Of a stretch of 47,637 nt of DNA, positions 7,443 through 15,158 are shown piece after piece (the stretch's first letter is position 1; each line of letters opens with the position of its first letter). A program made the position numbers and the translations under genes. Under the pieces are notes generated by a model, which saw nothing but the letters and a program-made list of their open reading frames with translations, was not told the origin of the DNA and did not search any database. Origin of the DNA: an uncultured Erysipelotrichaceae bacterium. Its GTDB lineage: Bacteria > Bacillota_I > Bacilli_A > RF39 > UBA660. The DNA lies in contig CACZPQ010000098.1 in the NCBI GenBank assembly GCA_902783185.1, forward strand, positions 1 through 47,637, read 5' to 3'.

Positions 7443-8717
7443 ATGAAAAGATATTTTAAAAGAATTGTTACAAGATTTATTATTATAAGTATTTTATTCT
7501 TGATTTGGATAACAAAAGTAGATGCAACATCTATTTCTAATGTTAATATTGGCGATTATTTTAGTTATACTCCACAAGCTTCAAATTATATTCCTGATCA
7601 TTCTTTGACAGGACATAATGATTCACCATCCTTTGTTCAGAATCCGATAGATGCTTCAGAATTAACAAGGTGGAGAATAATTAAAATTAATACTGATGGA
7701 ACTGTTGAAGCTATCTCTGAAAATATTTCTAGCGAATATGTTTATTTAAGAGGAATTACGGGTTATAAGAATTTATCTGGTATTTTGAATACAATAGCGA
7801 GTTTATACGAAACAACTGGAATTACAGTTGAATCAAGGTGTTTTGGTTATGATGGTCAAACGGAATATATAACTGATGATTCTTATTTAGTGCGATTTAC
7901 TTCTCCGGGTTCATCGACTTCTGAATATACTTCTATTGAAGATGAAACAAAAGGATTAGGTGATTTAAAATATATAAATGATGTTAATCTGGTAAATGAT
8001 TCGCTTAACTCTTTAGTTGCTTACACATTAAGTGGTAGCGAAAATGATTATTGGACTGCCTCAAGATTTCTAGGAGGAGTTTCTAACGATTTGTGGAAAT
8101 ATTATGGTGTATCTATTAGTGGAAGTATGGTATCTTTATCAACTAATAGAAATATTATATATGGATTTATTGGAAGTTCATATACTCATTTTTTAGAATA
8201 TCATCATTTTAGACCAATTATTGTTTTTAATTCTAATTTAGAACTTGAAGGTAGTGGAACATCTACTGATCCATGGATAATTATTCCTAAAGTAAAGGTA
8301 ACATTTGATACAAATGGTGGTTCTTTAATTTCAACCCAAACAATTACAAAAGGTGAAAAAGCAACAAGACCATTAAATAATCCAACTAAAGATGGGTATA
8401 AATTTGATGATTGGTATACAAATGATGCTTACGAAACAAAATTTGATTTTTCAAATTCAACAATAATTAGTGACACTACAATTTATGCTAAATTTATTAA
8501 AAATACATCAAATAGTGGTAACAATAATTTAGGTAATGATAATAATAATAGTGATAATGAAATTTCAATTAATAATAATACAAATACTACTAGTGTTAAT
8601 GATTCTGAAATTGTTCCAAAAACTGGAGATAATATAATTGTTTACTTTATAATACTTGGATTAAGTTTAATTATTCTTATATACATATCATATTATTTTA
8701 AAAGAAAATCATATTAA
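7443..8717 (+). CDS. sortase-anchored surface protein (lectin-like GxRP module + Flg_new/Listeria-Bacteroides repeat)
   Basis: Signal peptide, then YWTASRF...FRPIIVF...GSGTSTDPWII. A VTFDTNGG...DGYKFDDWYT...TIYAKF repeat follows, then an Asn-rich linker and a C-terminal VPKTGD + TM + KRKS sorting signal. Confidence 0.75.
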   Translation: MKRYFKRIVTRFIIISILFLIWITKVDATSISNVNIGDYFSYTPQASNYIPDHSLTGHNDSPSFVQNPIDASELTRWRIIKINTDGTVEAISENISSEYVYLRGITGYKNLSGILNTIASLYETTGITVESRCFGYDGQTEYITDDSYLVRFTSPGSSTSEYTSIEDETKGLGDLKYINDVNLVNDSLNSLVAYTLSGSENDYWTASRFLGGVSNDLWKYYGVSISGSMVSLSTNRNIIYGFIGSSYTHFLEYHHFRPIIVFNSNLELEGSGTSTDPWIIIPKVKVTFDTNGGSLISTQTITKGEKATRPLNNPTKDGYKFDDWYTNDAYETKFDFSNSTIISDTTIYAKFIKNTSNSGNNNLGNDNNNSDNEISINNNTNTTSVNDSEIVPKTGDNIIVYFIILGLSLIILIYISYYFKRKSY

Positions 8718-8792
8718 TTTATAAATATTTATTAACTTTTAGAAAATATATAGTATAATTATTAATATATATTTTTAAGGAATTGATGTAAT

Positions 8793-9320
8793 ATGGATAA
8801 TAATAAAATTGGTTTATTTTTAACTAATTTAAGGGAAGAAAAACATTTAACACAAGAACAACTCGGAAAGGAAATCTTTATTGGAAGAGAAGGAATAAGC
8901 AAATGGGAAAGAGAAATAAATATTCCTTCTACCGAAATGTTGATAAAATTAAGCGATTTTTATAATATTAGTGTTAATGAAATATTAAGTGGGGAAAGAA
9001 AAAATGAAAGCAACAAAGAAAAAATAGAAAGAATTTCACTTGATATTTTAGATGATAGAAATAAAAAAGTTAAGTTTATAAAAATTCTTGTTTTAAGTTT
9101 TTTGATTATTATATTTGTTTTGTTGGCCATTTTTTTCATTGTAAATTATAATTCGATAAAAGTATATAATATAGGATTTGAAAATGATAAATATAAATTA
9201 GATGAAGGTATATTAGTAATTTCAAGAGATGAATTTTATCTTAATCTTGGTGATATTAGTTCAGAAAATCAAATTACTAAAATTAACTTGTATGTTTTAA
9301 AAAATGAAAAAAATATTTAA
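8793..9320 (+). CDS. membrane-tethered XRE-family HTH protein
   Basis: N-terminal HTH (LTQEQLGKEIFIGREGISKWERE), one TM helix and a short extracytoplasmic tail beginning NYNSIKVYNIGFEND. Confidence 0.7.
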   Translation: MDNNKIGLFLTNLREEKHLTQEQLGKEIFIGREGISKWEREINIPSTEMLIKLSDFYNISVNEILSGERKNESNKEKIERISLDILDDRNKKVKFIKILVLSFLIIIFVLLAIFFIVNYNSIKVYNIGFENDKYKLDEGILVISRDEFYLNLGDISSENQITKINLYVLKNEKNI

Positions 9321-10218
9321 AAATAGTTTATTTATTATTGCAATTCTTTTTGCTTGCATATTCTCTTTAAAGGTTAATGCCATGTCAATTAATGACTTTG
9401 ATCAAAATGATATTATTAAAAATAAAATAGGAACTAAAATTCCAAGACATATATATATTAGTTTGGAAAATAAATACGATATCAAAAAAATAAATTCTAT
9501 AACAACAGATGAACTTAACGAAATATTAAAACATTATAGTCTTCCGGTAGAAGAATATATTGCAACTACTACTTATTTTGATTCAAAAGGAAATGTTATT
9601 GATTCTATTGATAAAGTTATAACTGAAAAAGAAGCTTTAGAAATTGAAAAGAATCAAAAAATTATTCCAGCAATGACTTATCAAGAAAAGAGATTAGTGT
9701 CAACACCAAAAGTTTCATATGAAACAAATGCTAAAAAAATATATATGTATGTTGAAGAAAGTAGTTCATCTAAAATAGTAACATTTTTTGCAAAATGGAA
9801 AAATACACCAAATGTAAAAAAATTTGATGTAATAGGACTAAGAACAGAAGGAAGTGCATCAATTAATTTTTATTGGGCTAGACAATCTGGTTGGGACTCT
9901 AGTGGATATGATGAAATAAGAAACCAATGGTATGAATCTTCCTCAAGTAATTTTAAATCTACATCAAAAGGAATTGGTATGTCAATGAATTTATTTGATG
10001 ATACATATTATCACGAATTAACAATAGCAGGATATGTATACAATTATTCAAATAAAAAAATTGCTGGTTCTTATCAACATGCTACTAATAGTAGTATAAC
10101 ATTGGCACAATCAAAATCATATTCTTTCTCATCTTCTGGTTATGGTGGTGTATTTAAATTTAGTAATTCTGTAGCTAGCAAATATGACGGAATGAAAGGT
10201 ATTTATTATACTCTTTAA
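9304..10218 (+). CDS. secreted protein of unknown function
   Basis: Signal peptide ...SLKVNA followed by a Ser/Tyr-rich, beta-like C-terminal half. The start overlaps the preceding ORF by 17 nt. Confidence 0.6.
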   Translation: MKKIFKNSLFIIAILFACIFSLKVNAMSINDFDQNDIIKNKIGTKIPRHIYISLENKYDIKKINSITTDELNEILKHYSLPVEEYIATTTYFDSKGNVIDSIDKVITEKEALEIEKNQKIIPAMTYQEKRLVSTPKVSYETNAKKIYMYVEESSSSKIVTFFAKWKNTPNVKKFDVIGLRTEGSASINFYWARQSGWDSSGYDEIRNQWYESSSSNFKSTSKGIGMSMNLFDDTYYHELTIAGYVYNYSNKKIAGSYQHATNSSITLAQSKSYSFSSSGYGGVFKFSNSVASKYDGMKGIYYTL

Positions 10219-10308
10219 AAAAAATTAAAAAATTAAAAATTCTACTTATAGGTTGTGTTATTTTATTATAGACAATGATAATATTATCTTATGAAGGGAA
10301 GGATTTTT

Positions 10309-11478
10309 ATGAATCAAGAATTGATTGGAAGTTTTATTCAAGAAAGAAGAAAAGGGAAAAGTTTAACACAAGTGGATTTATCTGAAAAATTAGGAGTAAG
10401 TGATCGAACAGTATCAAAATGGGAAAGAGGAGTTTGTTTACCAGATATTTCCTTATTTAAACCTCTTTGCAATGAATTAGATATATCATTAAATGAATTA
10501 TTTAATGGTAAAAAGGATACTAAAGATCCAAATGAAGACGGAATTGTTAATTATATTAAGTATCAACATAAAAAAAATAGATTTCACATTTTATTAAGTG
10601 TGTTAGTATCATTAGTGGTAATTATATTTTCTATATTGTTGATTTATTTTATTAATAATTATAATAAAATAAAAATATATCGTGTATTTGGTGAAAGTGA
10701 AAATTTTTCATATACGAATGCAATGTTGATCACTTCAAACATGAAAAATATTTATTATGATGGAATTATTGAAAGTAGCAGCGATAATATAAATGTTAAT
10801 GACATAACTTACATGACACTTAAGTGTGATGATAAAATAATCGAAGGTGGTAATTATATTCTTAATGGAATAATAAGTGAAGAATATGGTTATAATGAAT
10901 ATTTTTCAGAAGAAATTCTAGAAAAAATGGATAAATGGTATATTGAAATAACATATAAGTTAAATGATAAAGAAACTACAGAAAGAATTAATCTAACATT
11001 TGAAAACGAAATGAATAATAATAATTTTATTAATAATAAAAAACAAAGTATAAGTGATAATAATAATTCAAAAATAAACTATGATGAGTTTGTTAAAATT
11101 AGAGAAAATGAAACAGAAAACTTAATTGATTATTTAAAAGATAACGGTTTTAAAGAAGATAAAGATTATTATACAAAGGTTATTAGTAAAGATTCAAAGT
11201 TTTCAGTAATAATTCGTGAATGGAAGAGCGATTCTTCAATATATTATTATAAAAATGATTATAAAGTAACAAGTGATTTTACTGGTTTAACACATAAATT
11301 TACAAGTAATGATTTTAAATATAGTTATTATTACGAACAAGATACTGATAAAATAAAATGTGAAAGTGGTAAATGTCCAGATAATATGTATGAAATTGCT
11401 AAAGAATATGTAAAAATATTTAATAAAGAATTTGATCAAGTTTTAACTAAAAGTGCAAAAAGAAGTATAGAAGAATAG
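10309..11478 (+). CDS. membrane-tethered XRE-family HTH protein with a large extracytoplasmic domain
   Basis: HTH (LTQVDLSEKLGVSDRTVSKWERG), a TM helix, then NYNKIKIYRVFGESEN, which is paralogous to 8793..9320. The start was moved to the ATG at 10309, behind RBS gaagggaagga. Confidence 0.7.
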   Translation: MNQELIGSFIQERRKGKSLTQVDLSEKLGVSDRTVSKWERGVCLPDISLFKPLCNELDISLNELFNGKKDTKDPNEDGIVNYIKYQHKKNRFHILLSVLVSLVVIIFSILLIYFINNYNKIKIYRVFGESENFSYTNAMLITSNMKNIYYDGIIESSSDNINVNDITYMTLKCDDKIIEGGNYILNGIISEEYGYNEYFSEEILEKMDKWYIEITYKLNDKETTERINLTFENEMNNNNFINNKKQSISDNNNSKINYDEFVKIRENETENLIDYLKDNGFKEDKDYYTKVISKDSKFSVIIREWKSDSSIYYYKNDYKVTSDFTGLTHKFTSNDFKYSYYYEQDTDKIKCESGKCPDNMYEIAKEYVKIFNKEFDQVLTKSAKRSIEE

Positions 11479-11490
11479 TATTAGTATATA

Positions 11491-11525
11491 GTAAAAGCTC
11501 AATTTATGAGCTTTTACTTTTTTTA
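11491..11525 (+). terminator. Rho-independent terminator
   Basis: 10-bp stem gtaaaagctc/gagcttttac with a 7-nt loop and a T-run. Confidence 0.7.
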
Positions 11526-11590
11526 TGCAAGTTTTACTTTCTTTATTTATAAATACTAATATTATAGTTTCATAATAGGAGGAAGTAAAC

Positions 11591-11848
11591 ATGATAAAAA
11601 AAATATCAAATTTTATTGAAATAGGTGATATTGTAATAAAACTATCCAAAATAATGAATCAGCGGCATATAAGTATTTATGAAATGAGTGTTTTATGTAA
11701 TATTAAATATGATATTATTAAAAAATATTATTATGGAGATATAACAATGTTATCTATAGAAACATTAACTACTTTTTGCTATGTTTTAAATTGTAATGTT
11801 TCCGATCTATTAGAATATAGAAGTGTCGATACAATAGTTCATCAATAA
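11591..11848 (+). CDS. small XRE/Cro-like HTH protein
   Basis: 85 aa with ISIYEMSVLCNIKYDIIKKYYYG and a C-terminal NVSDLLEY, typical of HTH_26/XRE proteins. RBS aggagg. Confidence 0.6.
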   Translation: MIKKISNFIEIGDIVIKLSKIMNQRHISIYEMSVLCNIKYDIIKKYYYGDITMLSIETLTTFCYVLNCNVSDLLEYRSVDTIVHQ

Positions 11849-11862
11849 CTAATTATATTTTT

Positions 11863-11939
11863 GAATATAATTACTTTTTTATTTTAATAATATTTAAATA
11901 TAATTTCTTTTTTATTACAATAATATTTGTATATAATCG
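11863..11939 (+). repeat. 2.3 copies of a 33-bp tandem repeat
   Basis: The copies are gaatataattacttttttattttaataatattt, aaatataatttcttttttattacaataatattt and gtatataatcg. Confidence 0.7.
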
Positions 11940-12243
11940 AAGTATATATTTCTTGTAAATTTATAAAATTAAGGTTACAATTGTTATAATGAGTTAAGAT
12001 TCTAGTAATTGATTCATTATTATCTTGTATTCCCATATTTAGGAACTTTAAATATGGTATTTACATAATTATATTATATGGTAATATAAAACTTGTTTTA
12101 AGCAACTATTGTTCTTAAAAAGGGGTTTTATAATGAATTATAAATATTATGTAATTAATATAATGATATATTTCAATAAAAAGAGTTTTACTCCAATAAA
12201 TTTATTGGTGTAGCTCTTTTTTTGGTTTTTGAAAGAAGGAGTT

Positions 12244-12708
12244 ATGATGAGAAAAAGAAGAAATATTATTCTAACTGATTATGTAGCAAATCAGTATCCC
12301 GTTGAGAAGTATAAAGAATTAATATTTATTACATTAGATCTAGTAGAAAATTTTTTACTAATTTTAGAAAATGGTTTTGATTACAATTCTTCAACAATTG
12401 CATCTTATGGTGAAAAATATGGTTCTTCACAAAAAAATACAAGTTCTAGAATTGAAAAGATAATATTTAAAAATATGGAAGATGAAAAAGAAATTAAAAG
12501 ATTTTTAAATAGCTATTATGATGCATATAATGTTTTAACAGATGAAGAAAAAAAATATTTTGATGCAACTTTTGTAGAAAAATTAAAAGATGTAGATATT
12601 GTAGAAAGATATGGCACTTATGCTAAAAATGTTGTAGATGTTCGAAGAAAGGCAATAATCAAATTTTGTTTAAAAAGTGGTTTAAACAAGTTTGTTGATG
12701 TTATATAG
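12244..12708 (+). CDS. putative ArpU/RinA-like phage late transcriptional regulator
   Basis: About 155 aa. YDAYNVLTDEEKKYFDATFVEKL... followed by RRKAIIKFCL resembles ArpU-family proteins. The start was set at the ATG behind RBS aaggag. Confidence 0.4.
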   Translation: MMRKRRNIILTDYVANQYPVEKYKELIFITLDLVENFLLILENGFDYNSSTIASYGEKYGSSQKNTSSRIEKIIFKNMEDEKEIKRFLNSYYDAYNVLTDEEKKYFDATFVEKLKDVDIVERYGTYAKNVVDVRRKAIIKFCLKSGLNKFVDVI

Positions 12709-12722
12709 AATGGAGAGATATT

Positions 12723-12848
12723 ATGATAGGTAAGATATTAGGAATAATGATATTAATTTTTATGATGTTATTTTGTATATGTGCATGCATTTTATCTTCG
12801 TGGAAAGATAAAATTAATGAGGAGAATGAAAATGAAAAAGAAAAATAA
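12723..12848 (+). CDS. 41-aa hydrophobic peptide with an acidic/lysine tail (not in the ORF track)
   Basis: Translation is MIGKILGIMILIFMMLFCICACILSSWKDKINEENENEKEK. RBS ggagag lies 5 nt upstream and the stop is TAA at 12846-12848. Confidence 0.45.
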   Translation: MIGKILGIMILIFMMLFCICACILSSWKDKINEENENEKEK

Positions 12849-13050
12849 AATATATAGAGTTAAAATTATTATTAGAAAAATAGAAGATCCTTTTTTAATA
12901 TATGGTATTAATAAGAAATCAGTAAAGAAAAAAGTTACTGATTTTTTAATGCAAACAAATAATATAGCCAATAAAGATCAAATTGAAATCAAATTAGAAG
13001 AAGTTACATATAAAAATGGTAAATATGTAAAGAAAAAATTTTATGAATGA
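12832..13050 (+). CDS. small basic hypothetical protein
   Basis: 72-aa Lys-rich ORF. The ATG at 12832 lies 7 nt after GGAG. Confidence 0.4.
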   Translation: MKKKNKIYRVKIIIRKIEDPFLIYGINKKSVKKKVTDFLMQTNNIANKDQIEIKLEEVTYKNGKYVKKKFYE

Positions 13051-13267
13051 TTTTGGAGAAATATACAATTTAAATGAAATGGCTATATATTTAAAAATAT
13101 CTATTTCTGAATTAAGAAAATTAGTGAGAGAACAACAAATACCATGTTTTAGAATAGGAAACAGAATAAAATTTAATATTAAAGAAGTATCATCATGGAT
13201 TGAAAAACAAAAAAATATAGAAATAAAAAAATCATACATTTTTTTAAATCAAGATTATATGTTATAG
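13043..13267 (+). CDS. xis: excisionase-family DNA-binding protein
   Basis: YNLNEMAIYLKISISELRKLVREQQIPCFRIGNRIKFNIKEVSSWIE matches the MerR-like excisionase HTH pattern. The gene lies immediately upstream of the integrase. Confidence 0.75.
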   Translation: MNDFGEIYNLNEMAIYLKISISELRKLVREQQIPCFRIGNRIKFNIKEVSSWIEKQKNIEIKKSYIFLNQDYML

Positions 13268-13311
13268 TGAGATTATCTTGATAACTTATTATCTTTAGAA
13301 AGAGGTAAAAT

Positions 13312-14469
13312 ATGAGTTGTAAGAGAATTAAAGTTAGAAAAGGAGTTGGAGTATATGATATTGTTATTGAATTAGGATATGATATACATGGAAAAAGAAA
13401 AAGAATTAGAAGAAGATTTTGTGGATCAATGGCTGAAGCTAAAAAAGAAGAAGCACAATTAAAACAAAAATATTATCATATTGGTGAAACAGTAAATTTA
13501 GTGAACTTTACTTTTGAAGAATATTCTGCATTTTTTTTGGAAAAATATTGTGATAGATATATTGAAAAAATAACAAAAAAAGATTATATACATATGTTAA
13601 AAAGAATAAACTTAATAATAGGTAATAAAAAATTAAAAAAAATTGATTCCTTAATATTAAACGAATTGTATGAAACATTAAAAATAGGAGTAGATGGAAA
13701 AACGATATCAAATAAATCGGTATTGCATTATTATGAGCTAATTAACAAAATGTTTAATCAAGCAAAAAAATGGAAATTTGTTGATCGCAATCCAAATATT
13801 GATGCAGAAAGACCAATTGTAATAAAAAAACAAAGAAATATTATTTCTTTTGAGGATTTAAAAAAATTAATTAAATGTGTAGAAAAAGAATCAATAAAAT
13901 ATAGAACAATATTATTATTAGATATAGTCACAGGATTAAGACGAGGAGAAATAGCAGCTTTAAGGTGGTCTTGGATTGATTGGGACAATAAAACTATAAA
14001 TATAAAAGCTTCTTTGAAGGTAATTGATGGTGAAGTTGATGAAGAAAGACCAAAAACAAATGCTGCTATTAGACAAGTTTATATTAGTGATGTAATTATT
14101 GCTTTATTAAAAGAATATAAAGAATGGCAAAACAATTATATTAATACCTTAGGTGAAAAATGGTGTGGAACTGATAGAATATTTACTGATAAATATGGAA
14201 AACATATATATCCAGGGACACCATATAGAATTTTAAAAAAAATTATAAAAAAATATGAATTAAATGATATGACATTTCATGATATAAGACATGTATATGC
14301 AACTTATTTGAATTCAAGAGGTGTTGATATCAAATCTATAAGTGAATTATTAGGTCATTCTAATACAAATATTACATTAGATGTTTATACACATGCTTAT
14401 GATGAAAGAAAAATTGAATGTGCAAATATTTTTGAAAATCTAATATCTGAATCTATTGAAGATAATTAA
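13312..14469 (+). CDS. int: tyrosine site-specific integrase
   Basis: Catalytic motifs GLRRGEIAALRW (Arg), HDIRHVYATY (H-x-x-R) and LGHSNTNITLDVYTH (His...Tyr), with an N-terminal SAM-like domain. Confidence 0.9.
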   Translation: MSCKRIKVRKGVGVYDIVIELGYDIHGKRKRIRRRFCGSMAEAKKEEAQLKQKYYHIGETVNLVNFTFEEYSAFFLEKYCDRYIEKITKKDYIHMLKRINLIIGNKKLKKIDSLILNELYETLKIGVDGKTISNKSVLHYYELINKMFNQAKKWKFVDRNPNIDAERPIVIKKQRNIISFEDLKKLIKCVEKESIKYRTILLLDIVTGLRRGEIAALRWSWIDWDNKTINIKASLKVIDGEVDEERPKTNAAIRQVYISDVIIALLKEYKEWQNNYINTLGEKWCGTDRIFTDKYGKHIYPGTPYRILKKIIKKYELNDMTFHDIRHVYATYLNSRGVDIKSISELLGHSNTNITLDVYTHAYDERKIECANIFENLISESIEDN

Positions 14470-14487
14470 AATTCACAAGTTAAATTC

Positions 14488-14514
14488 TTCGGCACACATT
14501 TCGGCACACATTTG
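14488..14514 (+). repeat. two direct TCGGCACACATTT motifs (right arm)
   Basis: The sequence is ttcggcacacatt-tcggcacacatttg, with the same core as 5283-5306 and in the same orientation. Confidence 0.6.
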
Positions 14515-14598
14515 TAAATTTATAACAAAATTCAAATTATTAATACAAAATAAAAAAAGACAAAAACACGGAAAAAGTAAATGTCTTTTTTATCAATT

Positions 14599-14675
14599 TG
14601 GTAGCGGAGGAGGGACTCGAACCCCCAACATTTCGGGTATGAACCGAACTATCTAGCCAGTTGATATACCCCGCC
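14599..14675 (-). tRNA. complete 77-nt tRNA with anticodon CAU (Met, or Ile2 if lysidinylated), CCA encoded, carried inside the element
   Basis: The reverse complement folds as GGCGGGG-TA-TATC-AACTGGCTA-GATA-G-TTCGG-TTCATAC-CCGAA-ATGTT-GGGGG-TTCGAGT-CCCTC-CTCCGCT-A-CCA. The D stem is unusually AU-rich. Confidence 0.8.
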
Positions 14676-14744
14676 ATAAATAATAATATTAATAATTGTT
14701 ATGGTAAAACTATAAATAATTTTTATTGAAAAACCCCTATAGGG

Positions 14745-14790
14745 CCTTCGGGTATGAACCGAATGCTCTAGCCAACTGAGCTACAGCGCC
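14745..14790 (-). pseudogene. 5' half of the host tRNA-Met(CAU) gene (acceptor to anticodon arm), lacking a T arm; attR
   Basis: The reverse complement is GGCGCTG-TA-GCTC-AGTTGGCTA-GAGC-A-TTCGG-TTCATAC-CCGAA-GG. The flank toward the element (aaaacccctataggg) has no T arm. Its acceptor strand pairs with the 5120-5164 half, not with the tRNA at 14599-14675. Confidence 0.8.
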
Positions 14791-14850
14791 ATAACTATTT
14801 CATTATATCAGTTATATGTAAAATTTGTCAATATTTTTTTATAAAAACAC

Positions 14851-14879
14851 TTGCATTTAATCTAAATATAGTATATAAT
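14851..14879 (+). promoter_or_regulatory. sigma-70-type promoter upstream of rpoB
   Basis: TTGCAT (14851-14856), 17-nt spacer, TATAAT (14874-14879). A leader of about 270 nt follows. Confidence 0.55.
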
Positions 14880-15158
14880 CTAGATATATTTGTCTCAAAG
14901 GAAATTGGTGAAATATATTGAAAAAATTATCGACTCTTTAATTTAATTACATCATAAATCTAAAATCCATTGAAAATACATGGAGTTTTTTTCATGAGAC
15001 ATTTAAATTAGTTATTTATAAGGTGGATGCGAAAGCCTAATTTATATAATTATAACAATGGTTCTAATGGCACAGAACAGTAAAAATTGTTATAAGCTGA
15101 TTTTATGTGTTTTACAGTAATAAAAACGCAAAAAATATTTTAGGTAGGGGTGATTTAT

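Larger units (their letters stand above)
5151..14758. mobile_element. ~9.6-kb integrated element (tyrosine integrase + excisionase) inserted in tRNA-Met, bounded by a 14-bp direct repeat
   Basis: ccttcgggtatgaa occurs at 5151-5164 and 14745-14758, and the tRNA halves lie outside these copies. The int/xis genes lie at the right end. GGCACACATTT-type motifs occur at both ends. Confidence 0.8.

Noticed and set aside
8510-8600. AAT/GAT-rich segment considered as a contingency-locus microsatellite.
   Set aside because: It is an imperfect Asn/Asp/Ser-rich linker with no uninterrupted unit repeat long enough for slippage.
14456-14656. 66-aa ORF from the track downstream of int.
   Set aside because: It runs across the arm repeats and into the minus-strand tRNA gene, has no RBS and gives a low-complexity product. 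It is spurious.
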